A DNA stretch of 64,000 nucleotides from the NCBI GenBank assembly GCA_030390025.1, contig CM059433.1:12960001-13024000 (forward strand), read 5' to 3'. A program made the position numbers and the translations under genes. Positions 25,681 to 39,392 of the stretch are shown piece by piece. Within the stretch, counting starts at the first letter, position 1; every line of letters begins with the position of its first letter. Source of the stretch: Squalus acanthias (lineage: Eukaryota). The notes under the pieces were generated by a model. That model saw nothing but the letters and a program-made list of their open reading frames with translations. It was not told the origin of the DNA and searched no databases.

Positions 25681-27410
25681 TTTTTTATTCATTCATGTGA
25701 TGTGGGCGTCGCTGGCAAGGCCAGCATTTATTGCCCATCCCTAGTCGCCCTTGAGAAGGTGGTGGTGAGACGCCTTCTTGAACTGCTGCAGTCTGTGTGG
25801 TGAAGGTACTCCCACAGTGCTGTTAGGGAGGGAGTTCCAGGATTTTGACCCAGCGACGATGAAGGATCGGTGATATACTTCCAAGTCAGGATGGTGTGTG
25901 ACTTGGAGGTGGTGGCGTTCCCATGCGCCTGCTGCTTTTGTCCTTCTAGGTGGTAGAGGTCGCGGATTTGGGAGGTGCTGCTGAAGAAGCCTTGGCAAGT
26001 TGCTGCAGTGCATCTTGTAGATGGTACACACTGCAGCCACAGTACGTCGGTGGTGGAGGGAGTGAATGTTTAAGGTGGTGGATGGGGTGCCAATCAAGTG
26101 GGCTGCTTTGGCTTGGATGGTGTCGAGCTTCTTGAGTGTTGTTGGAGCTTCTGACCTTATGATGGAGGGAAGGTCATTGATGAAGCAGCTGAAGACGATT
26201 GGGCCTAGGACACTGCCCTGAGGAACTCCTGCAGCGATGTCCTGGGGCTGTGATGATTGACCTCCAACCATCACAACCATCTTCCTTTGTGCTAGGTATG
26301 ACTCCAGCCAGTGGAGAGTTTTCCCCCCAGATTCCCATTGACTTCAGTTTTACTAGGGCTCTTTGACGCCACACTCGGTCAAATGCTGCCTTTATGTCAA
26401 GGGCAGTCACTCTCACCTCACCTCTGGAATTCAGCTCTTTTGTCCATGTTTGGAACAAGGCTGTGATGAGGTCTGGAGCCGAGTGGTCCTGGTGAAACCC
26501 AAACTGGGCATCAGTGAGCAGGTTATTGGTGAGTAAGTGTTGCTTGATAGCACTGTCGACGACACCTTCCATCACTTTGCTGATGATTGAGAGTAGACTG
26601 ATGGGGCGGTAATTGGTCAGATTGAATTTGTCCTGCTTTTTGTGGACAGGACATACCTGGGCAGTTTTCCACATTGTCCGATAGATGCCAGTGTTATAGC
26701 TGTACTGGAACAGCTTGGCTAAAGGCGCGGCTAGTTCTGGAGCACAAGTCTTCAGCACGACAGCCGGGATGTTGTCGGGGCCCACAGCCTTTGCTGTATA
26801 AGAACATAAGAACATAAGAAATAGGAGCAGGAATAGGCCACTTGGCCCCTCGAGCCTGCTCCACCATTCAATAAGATCATGGCTGATCTTGGGCTCAAAG
26901 CCACTTCCCTGCCCGCTCCCCATAACCCTTCACTCCCTTATCTTGCAAAAATCTGTCTATCTCCACCTTAAATGTATTTAATGACCCAGCCTCCACGGCT
27001 CTCTGGGGCAGGGAATTCCACAGATTTACGACCCTCTGAGAGAAGAAATTCCTCCTCATCTCAGTTCTAAAAGGGCGACCCTTTATTCTGAAACTATGCC
27101 CCCAAGTTCTAGATTTCCCCACAAGGGGAAACGTCCTCTCTGCATCTACCTTGTTGAACTCCCTCAGTATCTTATATGTTTCAATAAGATCACCACTCAT
27201 TCTTCTACATTCCAATGAGTGTAGGCCCAGCCTGCTCAACCTTTGTATCCAGTGCGCTCAGCCATTTCTTGATATCATGTGGAGTGAATCGCATTGGCTG
27301 AAGACTGGCTTCTGTGGTGGTGGGGATCTCAGGAGGAGGCCGATATGGATCATCCACTCGGCACTTCTGGCTGAAGGTGGTTGCAAACGCTTCAGCTTTG
27401 TCTTTTGCAT
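25681..27410 (-). mobile_element. Decayed non-LTR LINE (CR1/L2 group) with a nested CR1 3' fragment at ~26798-27242
   Basis: NYRPISLLS, LDIKAAFDRV and GVPQGSVLGP motifs. Tail gggcaataaatgctggccttgccagcgacgccc is also seen at ~10362-10562, 17055-17240, 27805-28230 (+) and 50282-50742. Confidence 0.88.
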
Positions 27411-29921
27411 GAGTATCGTTAGACCGCTATAAACAATGGCTTAAGTAATCCAGATCAAACACAGAATTAAAAAAATACAACTTCATTTTCATTTGGTCTT
27501 CCTTCTCAGAATTCCACGATTCACCATTTGTTCAGTGTGAGGTTACTTTTTCCAGGCTTCTGACGGTGTCATTTTCAATCTGGCCTCTCGGAGATGCATG
27601 AGAGTTTCACAGGACAATATCCTCCAGCTTTGCCTTTCTCCCCGTGGAGGAGTGATTGGGCCTTACCTCAAACATCTCCAGGAAAGCCTGGCCATGATTG
27701 AGAAATCACTATTTGGGGAAACTTGGAAGCAAAACAACCGTCCCGTCCTCACACTTCCGCCATTGATCGCCTAAAAGCATCCATCCTCGTGGTTTACTGC
27801 AATCCCCCACCATCTACCACCTTAAACAGTCACTGCCTCCACCACCGGCGTACCGTGGCTGTAGCGTGTACCATCCACAAGATGCACTGCAGCAACTCAC
27901 CAAGGCTTCTTCGGCAGTACCTCCTAAACCCGCGATCTCTTCCACCTAGAAGGACAAGGGCAGCAGGCGCATGGGAACACCACCACCTCCAAGTTCCCCT
28001 CCAAGTCACACACCATCCCGACTTAGAAATATATCGGCCGTTCCTTCATTGTTGCTGGGTCAAAATCCTGGAACTCCCTCCCTCACAGCACTGTGGGAGC
28101 ACCTTCCCCACACGGACTGCAGTGGTTCAAGAAGGCGGCTCACCACCACCTTCTCAAGGGCAATTGGGGATGGGCAATAAATGCTGGCCTTGCCAGCGAC
28201 ACCCACATCCCATAAAACAAATTTTTTTAAAATTGGAAGGCAAACAGACTCTTCATCACCCAATTGGATGTTTCTTTGACTGTGTTTTTACCAATCTCCA
28301 ATATTTTTATGACTAATCAATGAACGCGTGCCAAGAAAATTTTAAAGAACACTTTTTTTTTTAAAAGCCCTTATGATTTTTCTCCAGGGTTGCTCGCAGC
28401 AGTGTCCTGGAGATTCATCTTTAATTCCTGGAGACTCCAGGACAATCCTGGAGGGTTGGTAACCCTGGTGTGGAAGGAAACAAAATGGACAGCGCTATGT
28501 TTGGCGTGGTTATAGGGAAACGTGCCTGAGGAACAGTAGCCAGTCGTGGGGGGCGATGGAAGAGCGCATATGAATGTCATCCAGGGATAGGAAATGAGGG
28601 CAGAGGGAAAAGGGAAAGTGAAGTTATGGGAGGTGATTTATCCTGGGTTTAGCACCTACAAAACCAGGTGCTACATGCAGAAAAATTGAGACTAGTCATT
28701 TGGCCCTGTCCTGCGCCTGAATAGCACTGTGGTAAAAATTTCCTGCGTGGCTTTTCAGGTGGTTGAGCCCACTGTGGCTGAAGAGGGCGCAGCAATGTAA
28801 ATTGCATGCAAATGAATGTCAGAGACCTTTGCACTCAGATCTCCTGCTCTACTGCTGAGTAAAGTTCGGGCCATACTGCTCCCAGAAATAGCTGGCGTAA
28901 TAGCTTCCAGGGCTGCTGTTTCAGAGCTATCTGCCTCAAGGGACAGGCTGGTATTGGCAAGAATGTTCTTTATTTTTGGCTTTTTTGAACAGATGGGGAT
29001 GCTCTCTTACCCTGACCATATATCTGCTCCGTGCCAACTGGAATATAAAGAGAAGCCTCACAGTCCAAACAACTCCCTCCTCCTGTTCCTGCACAAGCAT
29101 TCTTTTTGCCCGCACTTGAACTGACCTGCCGCTGCTCCCGAACCTACCACTTGGCACAGCAGTACCACCCCTTTCACCAGTTCTTTCCAAGGAAGACTGC
29201 GGAGGAGCCCAAATGCTGCTTGGGGTCTTGCTAATGTCGCAGCATGAACCCATTCGTGGGCGATGGAACCTTCAAATTAACATATGAAGGCCGCTGGCGT
29301 GCAAACCTGGTGCACATCAATTAAAAACTTACCACAAGTCATCACAAGCTGGCACTATAAAAATCCTGGCCTGTTACTTTTTTTTTAAAAAACTGGGTCT
29401 CTCCTGGGGCCTCGTGTACCTGCCCTTTAGATGCTTTTGCTGCCCGTAAGGCCCAAATTGCTCCCAATCTTGTTGTCTTCCCTGGTATATGCCCAATAAG
29501 AGTGCTTCCAGCAGCACCAGAAATCCGCCCTCTTCATTACAATAAGGGCCAGCAGGAAATCCCAGAGCTGCATTATTTCCCCGGGTGCAGCACACACATT
29601 GCCCCTGAACAGCGCCCACCCGGGACATTCAGCCACATGAGAGCGGATGCACTGGAGATGGGAATTAAATGAAAGGGACCGAGATGATTGGAAGGGTGGG
29701 AAGAAACAACAAACGTATTGTATTCTCACAGTGCCTTTTGTATTGGAATTCGTGCCCCATTCATAGTCAAGTGCAATACAAATTAAAGATATATTGTGAA
29801 ATTTCCCTATTTTAAATGTCTACGCCACTTCTCACAATATGCCAACACATATAAAATGATACTAAATTTGAATGTTTATGGAAAGAAACTTTAATAAAAG
29901 GAACAAAATGGATAAAACATT

Positions 29922-30655
29922 GGCCTGTATTTTCCGATCCCTACGGGTGTGTACGAGCTGTGTACACACCCGTAGGGACATCGGAAATGCCGGTTTCAGG
30001 CAGGTGAAGTGCATGCGTTGAAAACCGGTATTTCCGATCTGTCAAGAATGCTCTTGACAGATCAGCCACCTGCCCTGGAGAAGGGCCTCTGCGGGTGGAG
30101 AGTTCCGCTTTCTGCAGAACCTCCGCCCGCTGAAAACACTTAGAAATCTTACGCCTGGTAAAAGCTTTTAAGAGTTTAAAAAAAGTTAAAAAAAAAATTC
30201 ACACATTTATAATTTAAAAATACTTTTAAAAAAGATAAGTTTATTTTCAGCCCCGTAAAAAACTTTCATTATTTTTTTCAAAAAATTAAATTTTTGTTTA
30301 AAATATTTAATTTAATGTAATTTTAACTAATTTTAAAAACGTGATGGTTTATTTAAATTTATTTAATATTTTAGTGTCTTTTTTCAGTGATCTCCATTCA
30401 TATACTTGACGGGTCTATCTGTCAAAAGTATGAAGGGGGATTCCCTTCTCCTATTGGCTGGCCTGGCCCACGTGATCCCAGGGACGTTTGCGAACCGCCT
30501 GCGCCCCTGGGATACGTGGGCTCTGCGCATTTCGACTGTGGAGAGGCCCAGGATCGGAAGTGTCCGGACCTCGGGAGCCCTCAGGTAAGAGCGTAGATTT
30601 TTTCCCGATAGGAGGCATCCGCACGCGGGAAGCCTCCTATCGGAAATTACGGGCC
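29922..30655 (-). mobile_element. MITE family A, copy 4 (inverted)
   Basis: TIRs ggcctgtattttcc and ggaaattacgggcc; same internal hairpins. Confidence 0.88.
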
Positions 30656-31011
30656 TATGTCAGATTTGACAAGATGCTCATCATAAGCAGCAGCAACCAA
30701 AGCTTACCAACTGTGAACGGTACAAAACATGACCCTCTTTGTGGGTCTCCCTCATAGCTCAGTTGGTAATGTCCCTGGTACGGACCAAAACCATAAAAAA
30801 ACAGCCAATCAGTGATGAGTTAGCTGATCTCAGGGTAGAAGTATGCTGTTCTTATGTTACATTCATGTTAGGGTTCCTAATAATCTAACACTGAATGATA
30901 AAGGAAAAACAATTTGATTTATAATGGTTTTAAAGAACTTCACATTCAGCAGTTCACTGTTAGCTTACAGACTCTTCTTGTCAAGTCTTGATCTACCAGG
31001 TTGCATCACTG

Positions 31012-31270
31012 CAACAACAACAGAAAACGCTGGAAAAACTCAGCAGGCCAGGCATCATCCGTGGAGAGAGAAACAGAGTTAACGTTTCAGGTCGAAACCC
31101 TTCGTCAGAACTGAGAAAAAAGCAGGAAATGAAACAGATAAAAAAGCAAGGGGGAGGCTGGGGGGAGGAATAAAAGAACAAAAGGGGTGGTCTATGGTAA
31201 GTAGAGACATTAAGAGATGCTCAAGGCAAGACGAGATGGTAATAGGACAGGTTAAGAAACAAAAGGTGGC
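31012..31270 (-). mobile_element. PLE family B terminal fragment
   Basis: Matches 9640-9930 and contains the hammerhead core on the minus strand. Confidence 0.8.
31077..31112 (-). ncRNA. Minimal hammerhead ribozyme motif (family B)
   Basis: Minus strand reads AGTT-CTGACGA-A-GGGTT tc GACCT-GAAA-CGTT-AACT. Confidence 0.7.
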
Positions 31271-31579
31271 TCATCATTTGCAACATCAGTACAGCACTTA
31301 CTGTTGTTAAGTGAACATCTCTACATTATCATACTCAAACTGATATTTCAGTACAGTAAGGGCACTACAGTTGGCCTCAACACCCTTGGCTAGGGAAGGA
31401 AAAAAAAAACAGCCAAGATTTCTGCTGCTGATCACGATCCAATGAATCGGGTGAGGACAAGCTCAGGCCCAGCTCTGATGCCTCAGATAGTGAATTCCCC
31501 ACCATCAGTCAATAGGGCCGATAGTCTGAATGGATTTTCTCCCCAGGGAGTGCATAGCAGGAATTTACAAATGTACTCA

Positions 31580-32120
31580 TAGTATTACAGCACAGAAACA
31601 AGCCATTCAGCCCAGCAGGTCTATCCCGGTGTGTATGCTCCACACGAGCCTCCTCCCACCTTCCTTCATCTCACCCTATCAACATATCCTTCTATTCCTT
31701 TCTCCCTCATGTGTTTATCTAGCTTCCTCTTAAATACATCTATGCTGTTCGCCTCAACCACTCCATGTGATGGTGAGTTCCACATTCTTACCACTCTCTG
31801 AGCAAAGAAGGTTCCATCTAGTGAATTCCTTATTGGATTTATTCGTGACTATCTTATATCTATGACCCCTAGTTTTGGACTCTCGGACAGGTGGAAACAT
31901 CTTCTCTACATCGATCCTGTCATACCTCTTCATAATTTTAAAGACCTCTATCAGGTCACCTCTCAGTCTTCTCTTTTCTAGAGAAAGGACCCCCAGCCTG
32001 TTCAGTCTTTCCTGAGAGTTGTAACCACTCAGTTCTGGTATCATCCTTGTAAAGCTTTTTTGCAGACTTGCCAGTGCTTCTGTATCCTTTTTGTAATATG
32101 GAGACCAGAACTGTGCACAG
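31580..32120 (-). mobile_element. CR1 LINE 3' fragment
   Basis: ORF 31754-32044 KRRLRGDLIEVFKIM. Confidence 0.85.
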
Positions 32121-33791
32121 ATTAGGGCTGTAACAGTATAGGATTGTTAGGCTAGTAGTGCGCCGCCAACCATATTGGTAAAGGCTCTTGTATAGGCGCA
32201 CTGGCATTAGGCCCTTTACATATGCAACTAGGGGGTCTGTCGCCTGTTTGATGCCCCCTTTTCCAAAATTCGTTAGCGACTGACCGCAACATGCGCCATG
32301 CATGATGCGGTCAGTATTCTCAGGCACTTGGCGGCCGAACCGGCGGTCCTTAAAGGACCATTGGCGGCTGCCTCCCCGATGGTAAGTTTTTTATTTGTTC
32401 ACTCACCTTACGGTGGAGCCGGGAGGAGCAGGACCACTCACCCTCCTTCCGATTGCCTCCTTCAACCCTGCTTTACCGCCTTAGCCAGCACCTAATCCGG
32501 CTGATCTTCGTCCTTGCGGCGTGCTACCGATGCAGCTCACTTGTCGTGAACAAATTAGGCTGGCGGACCAATTTTGTGTGGTCCTGCCGCCGGCCTCATT
32601 AGGCACGCGTAGCATGCGCTGCACTGGGATCGCACCCTAATTCAGGCGTTATCCAGTTTCTAGGCCGATGTTTTTAATTTAACAGTAGCGTATATGAGTA
32701 AGTCGAATTCCTGAGGTGAGTTGTCCTAGTGAATCACCATTCCTTACCATATTAATACTACACTTACAATTTTGAGTAAATGATTAGTAAATTATTCTAA
32801 TTTTTTTTTTAGAAGTATGGCCCGGATTTTGCGGTCAGCGGCGAATTAACGGCGCTTGCCGTTTACCTCGCTGACGGCTGCCCCCAAAGTTTTTGCGGGC
32901 TTTTGAGCTGAGACTTGCTCTACTCGGGCATCTGATCCAGCGCAGCGCCCTCTACAGTGGATCTGTGGCGTCTGTGAGCAGGACAAGACACAGCAAGGCT
33001 CTTCAACCAATCAGATTGAAGAATCCTCACTGAGACACAGAGGGGGGAATTTTTCAGGGGGTCAGCGGGCGCATTTTGGTGGTGGGTCAGCTGGTCTCCC
33101 AAATGTTGGGTCTGTCATTGCTGAACAGACCCAAAACCAAGTGGCAGGGGAGGCAATTTAGATTGTTAACAGATTGTTAAGAGGCTCTTAAATAGTATTT
33201 TAAGCTTACCTTTCAATTTTACGTGTTCTCCCATGGGTTACACGCTGCTTGGGGATCACATCAGCTCAGCATGTCGTGAGTGGATTCAGCATTGAATTAG
33301 TTGATTACCTGACAGCTGCAAAAGTGGTATAAAAGCTCCCAACTCACAGCTGTTCACTTTCCAAGCTCAGAAACTGTTGCTTACTACATTTGGAAGACAG
33401 ATTGAGCTTTATGCAGCTTGCAAGTGTTTGGAGCCAACTCTCGATCCAGTGTCACCTCATTGGAACAACCTCTCTCACCACTGACAGATTTGCTTCTGTC
33501 ATCTATTACATCAGAATGGGTACGGTTTACACTCTCTCACCTTGGTCCTCAGAATCTGACCACGATCAGCCCCAGCACCAGCAGAACCAGGCGCACCAGC
33601 AACAACAACAACAGCAAGAGCGCCAAACTTCTCCTCAACCACCTGATGTTGTACAGGGCAGAGTGCATCAGCGCAGGGCTGGACCGCACCAGAGGCGATA
33701 CCCCCAACACAGGGTTTACAGGCAGAGGATGAGCATCCTCAACATGACTGAGCAGCAGTGCTTCAGGAGGCTCAGCCTGTCACGCCAGGTC

Positions 33792-35581
33792 ATAAGAACA
33801 TAACATAAGAAATAGGAGCAGGAGTCGGCCATTCAGCCCCTCGAGCCTGCTCCACCATTCAATAAGATCATGGCTGATCTTCTACCTCAACTCCACTTTC
33901 CTGCACTATCCCCATATCCTTTGATTCCCTTAATATCCAAAAATCTATTGATCTCTGTCTTGAATATACTCAACGACTGAGCCTCCACAGCCCTTTGGGT
34001 AGAGAATTCCAAAGATTCACCACCCTCTGAGTGAAGAGATTTCTCCTCATCTCAGTCCTAAATGGCCGACCCCTTATTCTGAGACTGTGACCCCTAGTTC
34101 TAGACTCACCAGCCAGGGAAACATTCTCCCTGCATCTATCCTGTCAGGCCCTGTAAGAATTTTGTATGTTTCAGTGAGATTACCTCTCATTATTCTAAAC
34201 TCTAGAGAAAACAGGCCTAGTCTACTCAATCTCTCCTCATCGGACAATCCCCCCATCCCAGAAATCAGTCTGGTGAACCTTTGTTGCACTCCCTCTATGG
34301 CAAGTATATCCTTCCTTAGGTAAGGAGACCAAAACTGTACACAATACTCCAGGTGTGGTCTCACCAGGGCCCTATATAATTGCAGTAAGACGTCTTTACT
34401 CTTATACTCAAATTCTCTTGTAATAAAGGCCAACATACCATTTGCTTTCCTAATTGCTTGCTGTACCTGCATGTTAACTTTCAGTGATTTGTGTACAAGG
34501 ACACCCAGGACCCTCTGAACACCAACATTTCCCAATCTCTCACCATTTAAAAAATACTCTGCTTTTCTATTTTTCCTACCAAAGATGATAACTTCACATT
34601 TCTCAACATTATATTCCATTTGCCGTGTTCTTGCCCACTCACTTAGCCTGTCTATATCCCCTTACAGCCTCCTTGCATCCTCCGCACAACTTACATTCCA
34701 TCCCAGGTTTGTATCAACAAACTTGGATGTCTTACATTTGGTCCCCTCATCCAAATCATTGATATAGATTGTGAATAGCTGAGGCCCAAGCACTGATCCT
34801 TGTGGTACCCCACTGGTTACAGCCTGCCAACCCAAAAATGACCCGTTTATTCCTACTCTCTGTTTTCTGTCCGTTAACCAATCCTCAATTCATACTAGTA
34901 TATTACCCCCAATCCCATGAGCCCTAATTTTGTTTAATGACCTCTTTGTGTGGCACCTTATCAAATGACTTCGGAAAATCCAAATACACCACATCCACTG
35001 GTACCCCCTTATCTATTCTGCTAGTTACAACCTCAAAAAACTCTAACAGATTTGTCAAACATGATTTCCCTTTCATAAATCCGTGTTGACTCTGCCCAAT
35101 CCTATTATTATTTTCTAAGTGCCCTGTTACCACATCCTTAATAATAGATTCTAGCATTTTCCCTACTATTGATGTCAGGCTAACTGGTCTGTAGTTCCCC
35201 GTTTTCTCACTCCCTCCTTTCTTAAATAGTGGGGTTACATTTGCTACCTTCCAATCTGCGGGAACCGTTCTAGAATCTATGGATTTTGGAAGATGACAAC
35301 CAATGCATCCACTATCTCTGTAGCCACCTCTTTCAAAACCCTAGGATGTAGGCCATCAGGTCCAGGGAATTTATCGGCTTTCAGACCCATTAATTTCTCC
35401 AGTACTATTTTTTTACTAATACTAATTTCTTATAGTTCCTCATTGTCGCCAGACCCTTGGTTCTCCACTATTTCCTGGATGTTTTTTGCGTCTTCTTCCG
35501 TGAAGACAGACACAAAGTATTTGTTTAATTTCTCTCCCATTTCCTTATTCCCCATTATAACTTCTCCTGTCTCAACCTGTA
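33792..35581 (-). mobile_element. CR1 LINE 3' half inserted in the Harbinger transposase
   Basis: RT motifs in ORFs 34074-34619 and 34924-35157; aggtc duplicated at 33787-33791 and 35582-35586. Confidence 0.92.
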
Positions 35582-35807
35582 AGGTCGTGGTGGACATTTG
35601 CAGATTGCTGGAGCAAGAGCTGCAGCCCAGAGGAACGGGTGGACACCCCTTACCAATAGCTGTCAAAGTCACCCTTGCCCTCAACTTCTTCGCCTCAGGC
35701 TCCTTGCAGGGATCTGCAGCAGACATTTGCGGCATCTCGCAGTCGGCCACCCACAGATACATCACACAGGTCACGATGCCCTCTTTGACAAGTCCACCAA
35801 TTATATT

Positions 35808-36534
35808 GGCCCAGATATTCCGATCCCTACGGGTGTGTACGCGCTGTGTACCCACCCGTAGGGACATCGGAAATGCCGGTTTCAGGCATGCACAGTGCAT
35901 GCGCTGAAAACCAGCATTTCCGATCTGTCAAGAATGCTCTTGACAGATCGGACGCCTGCCCTGGAGAAGGGCCTCTGTGGGCGGATAGTTCCGCTTTCTG
36001 GAGACCCTCCGCCCGCAGAAAACCTTTAGAATTCTTACGTAAGGCTTGCTTTTACCAGGATAAGAGTTGGAAATAAAGTATTAAAAAAAAAAAAATTTTT
36101 CAGTCATTTATGATTTCAAAATACTTTTTAAAAAAAGGTAAGTTTATTTTTAGCCCTGTCAAAAACTTGAATTATTTTTTTCAAAAAATTAAATTTTTGT
36201 TTAAAATATTTAATTTATTGTAATTTCAACTAATTTTAAAAATGTGATGTTTTTTTAAATTTATTTAATGTTTTACAGTTTTTTGGAGTGATCTCCATTC
36301 ATATATTTGACAGGTCTATCTGTCAAGTGTATGAAGGGAGATTCCCTTCTTTGATTGGCTCCCCATGGCCCATGTGATCCCAGGGACGCTTGTGAACCGC
36401 ATGCGCCTCTGGGATACGTAGGCCCTGCACACTTGGCGTTCGAGAGGCCCAGGATCGGAACTATATGCACCTCGGGAGCCCTCAGGTAAGTGCATAGATT
36501 TTTTCCAGAGGCCTCCCATCGGAAAATACGGCCC
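35808..36534 (-). mobile_element. MITE family A, copy 5 (inverted), inserted in a Harbinger transposase
   Basis: TIRs present; flanks ATT/AGT; removing it restores ...DKSTNYI|NFATDE... Confidence 0.88.
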
Positions 36535-37356
36535 AGTAACTTTGCCACTGATGAAGCCAGTGTTGCTGAGCATGCGCTTGGCTTTGCGGCTCTGACTGGC
36601 TTCCCACGGGTGCAGGGCATCATCGACTGGACACATGGCCATCAGGGCACCCCATCATAACCCAGCAGTCTTTGTCAACCGCAAGGGCTACCACTCCCTC
36701 AATGTGCAGCTGGTCTGCAACCATAGGAAGATCATCATCAATGTGTGCGCCAAGTTGCCTGGCAGCTGCCATGACTCTTACATCCTGCGCCAGTCCACCA
36801 TACCTCAGCTCTTCGCACCTCCAAACAGTCTTTCCGGCTGGCTGCTTGGAGACAAGGGCTGTCCACTAAAGATGTGGCCCATGATACCTTTGAGGAGGCC
36901 AACAAATGAGACTGAGGAACATTACAATCAAAGCCTCATCTCCACCAGAAGTGTCATAGAGCTGACAATAGGGTTGCTTAAAATGCGCTTCAGATGCCTG
37001 GACAGATCTGGAGGAGCCCTTCAGTACGCACCAGCCAGGGTCTCCAGAATCGTAATGGTCTGCACAACATAGCGCAGCAGCGAGGATTAGCGCTGCATGA
37101 AGAACAAGGCGCAGAGCGCATAGCCTCTTCAGAGGAGAAGGAGGAGGAGGAGGAGCATGAGTTTGAAGACGAGGATGATGAAGACCTGGAGGAGCCGGCA
37201 GTCCCAATGCCACCAGTACATGACCACATTGCTGCGCGTGAGGCCAGGAATCACCTCACCATGGCCAGATGTAGTTAACTTCACATACCACAGACATGTG
37301 GCTGCCACATGTGTTGGCACATTGGCATCAGCCCACATCAACACCATTAACCATCC

Positions 37357-37590
37357 CTACAATGGGAAGAGAACCTCCCTGCGTGCTCTGACTCCCTCCA
37401 CAAGAACATGGAGAGATTCATCGCTGAAGGGAGGAGCAGCCCTCTGCCTTTGCAAACTCATTTTCACCTCAAAACAAACTGTGTCTGCACTGCAGCCTGT
37501 CGAGAGAAGAAGTGCAATGAAATGGGGCCATGGGCCCTTTAAATATACCGGCACCAGAAGTGTCAGCGCTGACGTCACCAGACACCGCAC
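37357..37590 (-). pseudogene. N-terminal remnant of the Harbinger Myb/SANT-like DNA-binding protein
   Basis: MSLQRQRAAPPFSDESLHVLVEGVRARREVLFP resembles the start of Harbinger/NAIF1-type Myb domains; convergent with the transposase. Confidence 0.7.
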
Positions 37591-38639
37591 CTTGTAACTG
37601 GGTCGGGGAACGCGAAGGGCGGGCTAAACAAGGCCCATTACGTCAAAAATAATTTTCAGCGGGATGAAGACGGCAGGGGGTTCATGGCCCACCAACGACC
37701 TCTCCCGCCATGAACCTGCCCAGGTTGGGGAAATCGCAGCCACAGAGTCCAAACCAGGAAGTATAAATTAGATTTAAATCATGTACAGAAAGCAAAATAA
37801 AGATTGGGAAAGACCGATGGGATTAAGAGAGAGATAAAAAGAGACAGACTGTAAAAGCAAAAAATATATATTTTAAAAATCTCCAACACTAATTAACTTC
37901 TGAAAGAATGAAACTTCACACTTGTAAAATTAAACTTTCATGGACAGAGAGGTTGTTTGGCAGTAATTATTAGCATGCCGTTAAAAAATCACTTACTTCT
38001 GATTGCAGCAGCCCTAACTTTTTCTGGCGTGTTTAGTGGGGAACTAGTGGGCAAGTGCCCCAACTTCACACCATTGCATTGATTTCAGTGCCGAGCCTAT
38101 CGGCGAGGACTGTTACAGCGCACCCTGTGGAGGAGCAGGGTATCTCTGACAGCAACTTCCAGATTTCCCCGTTTAACTGCGCATGTGCGGACGCCAGAAG
38201 TTGCAGTCCAATTTACTCCGTTATAACGTTAGCCTCACCGTTATTCTCCAGACAGAATCTGGGCCTGTGTGTTTTGCTTAGTAAACGTGTGCTTACTACT
38301 GTTGAGACCATCTAGTCTGCCTCATAATGTATGCAAATTGTTTGTGATGGAGCCTCCCCCAGAACATCAGCTTGTTAATACATGGTGTGATATTCAGATC
38401 ATCGGGAGCATAGGAAAATGTGTTGCTGCTGAAACCTTCATTTGTTACTGCTGAGGAAGACGTGCTGGGTAGCAAGGAAAGAGGCAACCAGAAAGCATTT
38501 CCAATTGTTTCTGGCAGTTAGATTTAAAAAAATAGGCTTGAGGTTAAGTGAGTGGGCAAAAATTTGGCAGATGGAGTATAATGTGGGAAAATGTGAGGTC
38601 ATCCACTTTGGTAGGAAGAACTAAAAAAAGCAAAATATT

Positions 38640-39392
38640 GGGCCTGAATTTCCGACCAGAGGTTTCCTGCGGGCGGATGCCTCCGATCGGAAAAAATCTA
38701 TACACTTACCTGCTGGCTCCGTAGGTCCCGAGACTTCTGATCCTGGGCCTCTGCTCTACGAAATGCGCAGAGGCCCAGGTATCCCAGGGGCGTATGCGGT
38801 TCGCAAGCGTCCCTGAGATCACGTGGGCCATGGGGAACCAATCAAAGAAGGGAATCCCCCTTCACACTGTTGACAGGTCTCTACGCACAGATCTGTCAAA
38901 AGTATGAATGGGGATCACTTAAAAAACAAAGTTAAACATTAAATACATTTTTTAAAAAACATCACGTATTTAAAATTAATTAAAATTACATTAAATTAAA
39001 TATTTTAAACAAAAATTTAATTTTTTGTAAAAAAATAATTAAAGTTTTTTACGGGGCTAAAAATAAACTGACCTTTTCTAAAAGTATTTTTAAATTCTAA
39101 ATCAGTGAAAAAAAATAATTTTTTTATTTTTTGAACTCTTATGCTGGTAAAAGCAGGCCTTACGCTGATTTTACCAGGCGTAAGATATTTAAAGGTTTTC
39201 AGCGGGCGGAGGTTGTGCAGAAAGCAGAACTCTCCCCCCGCGGAGACCCTTCTCCCGGGCAGGCGGAGGATCTGTCAAGAGGATTCTTGACAGATCGCAA
39301 GTGCCGGGTTTTAGCGCATGCGCTTCGCGCTCCTAAACCCGGCACTTGCGAGGCCCCTCGTACACACTCGTGGGGGTTGGAAAATCCGGCCC
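38640..39392 (+). mobile_element. MITE family A, copy 6, inserted in CR1
   Basis: TIRs present; ATT/ATT duplication; removing it restores CR1 AKYYLNGER. Confidence 0.88.

Larger units (their letters stand above)
33516..37278 (+). pseudogene. Harbinger (HARBI1-like) DDE transposase in pieces: 33516-33791, 35587-35807, 36538-37278
   Basis: [83 protein letters not shown] and an acidic tail; frameshifted. Confidence 0.92.
33042..37741 (+). mobile_element. Decayed autonomous-type PIF/Harbinger transposon (transposase on +, Myb/SANT gene remnant on -)
   Basis: Imperfect TIRs and convergent genes; interrupted by CR1 (33792-35581) and MITE copy 5. Confidence 0.8.
32819..38265. mobile_element. Outer Harbinger-type non-autonomous element (32819-33041 plus 37742-38265) hosting a nested Harbinger
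   Basis: TIRs ggcccggattttg and cagaatctgggcc; flanks TAT/TGT. The joined interior resembles the element at ~13150-13712. Confidence 0.6.

Noticed and set aside
36635..37278. Domesticated host gene HARBI1
   Set aside because: Frameshifts, nested insertions, TIRs and a second decayed relative at 61088 indicate transposon copies.
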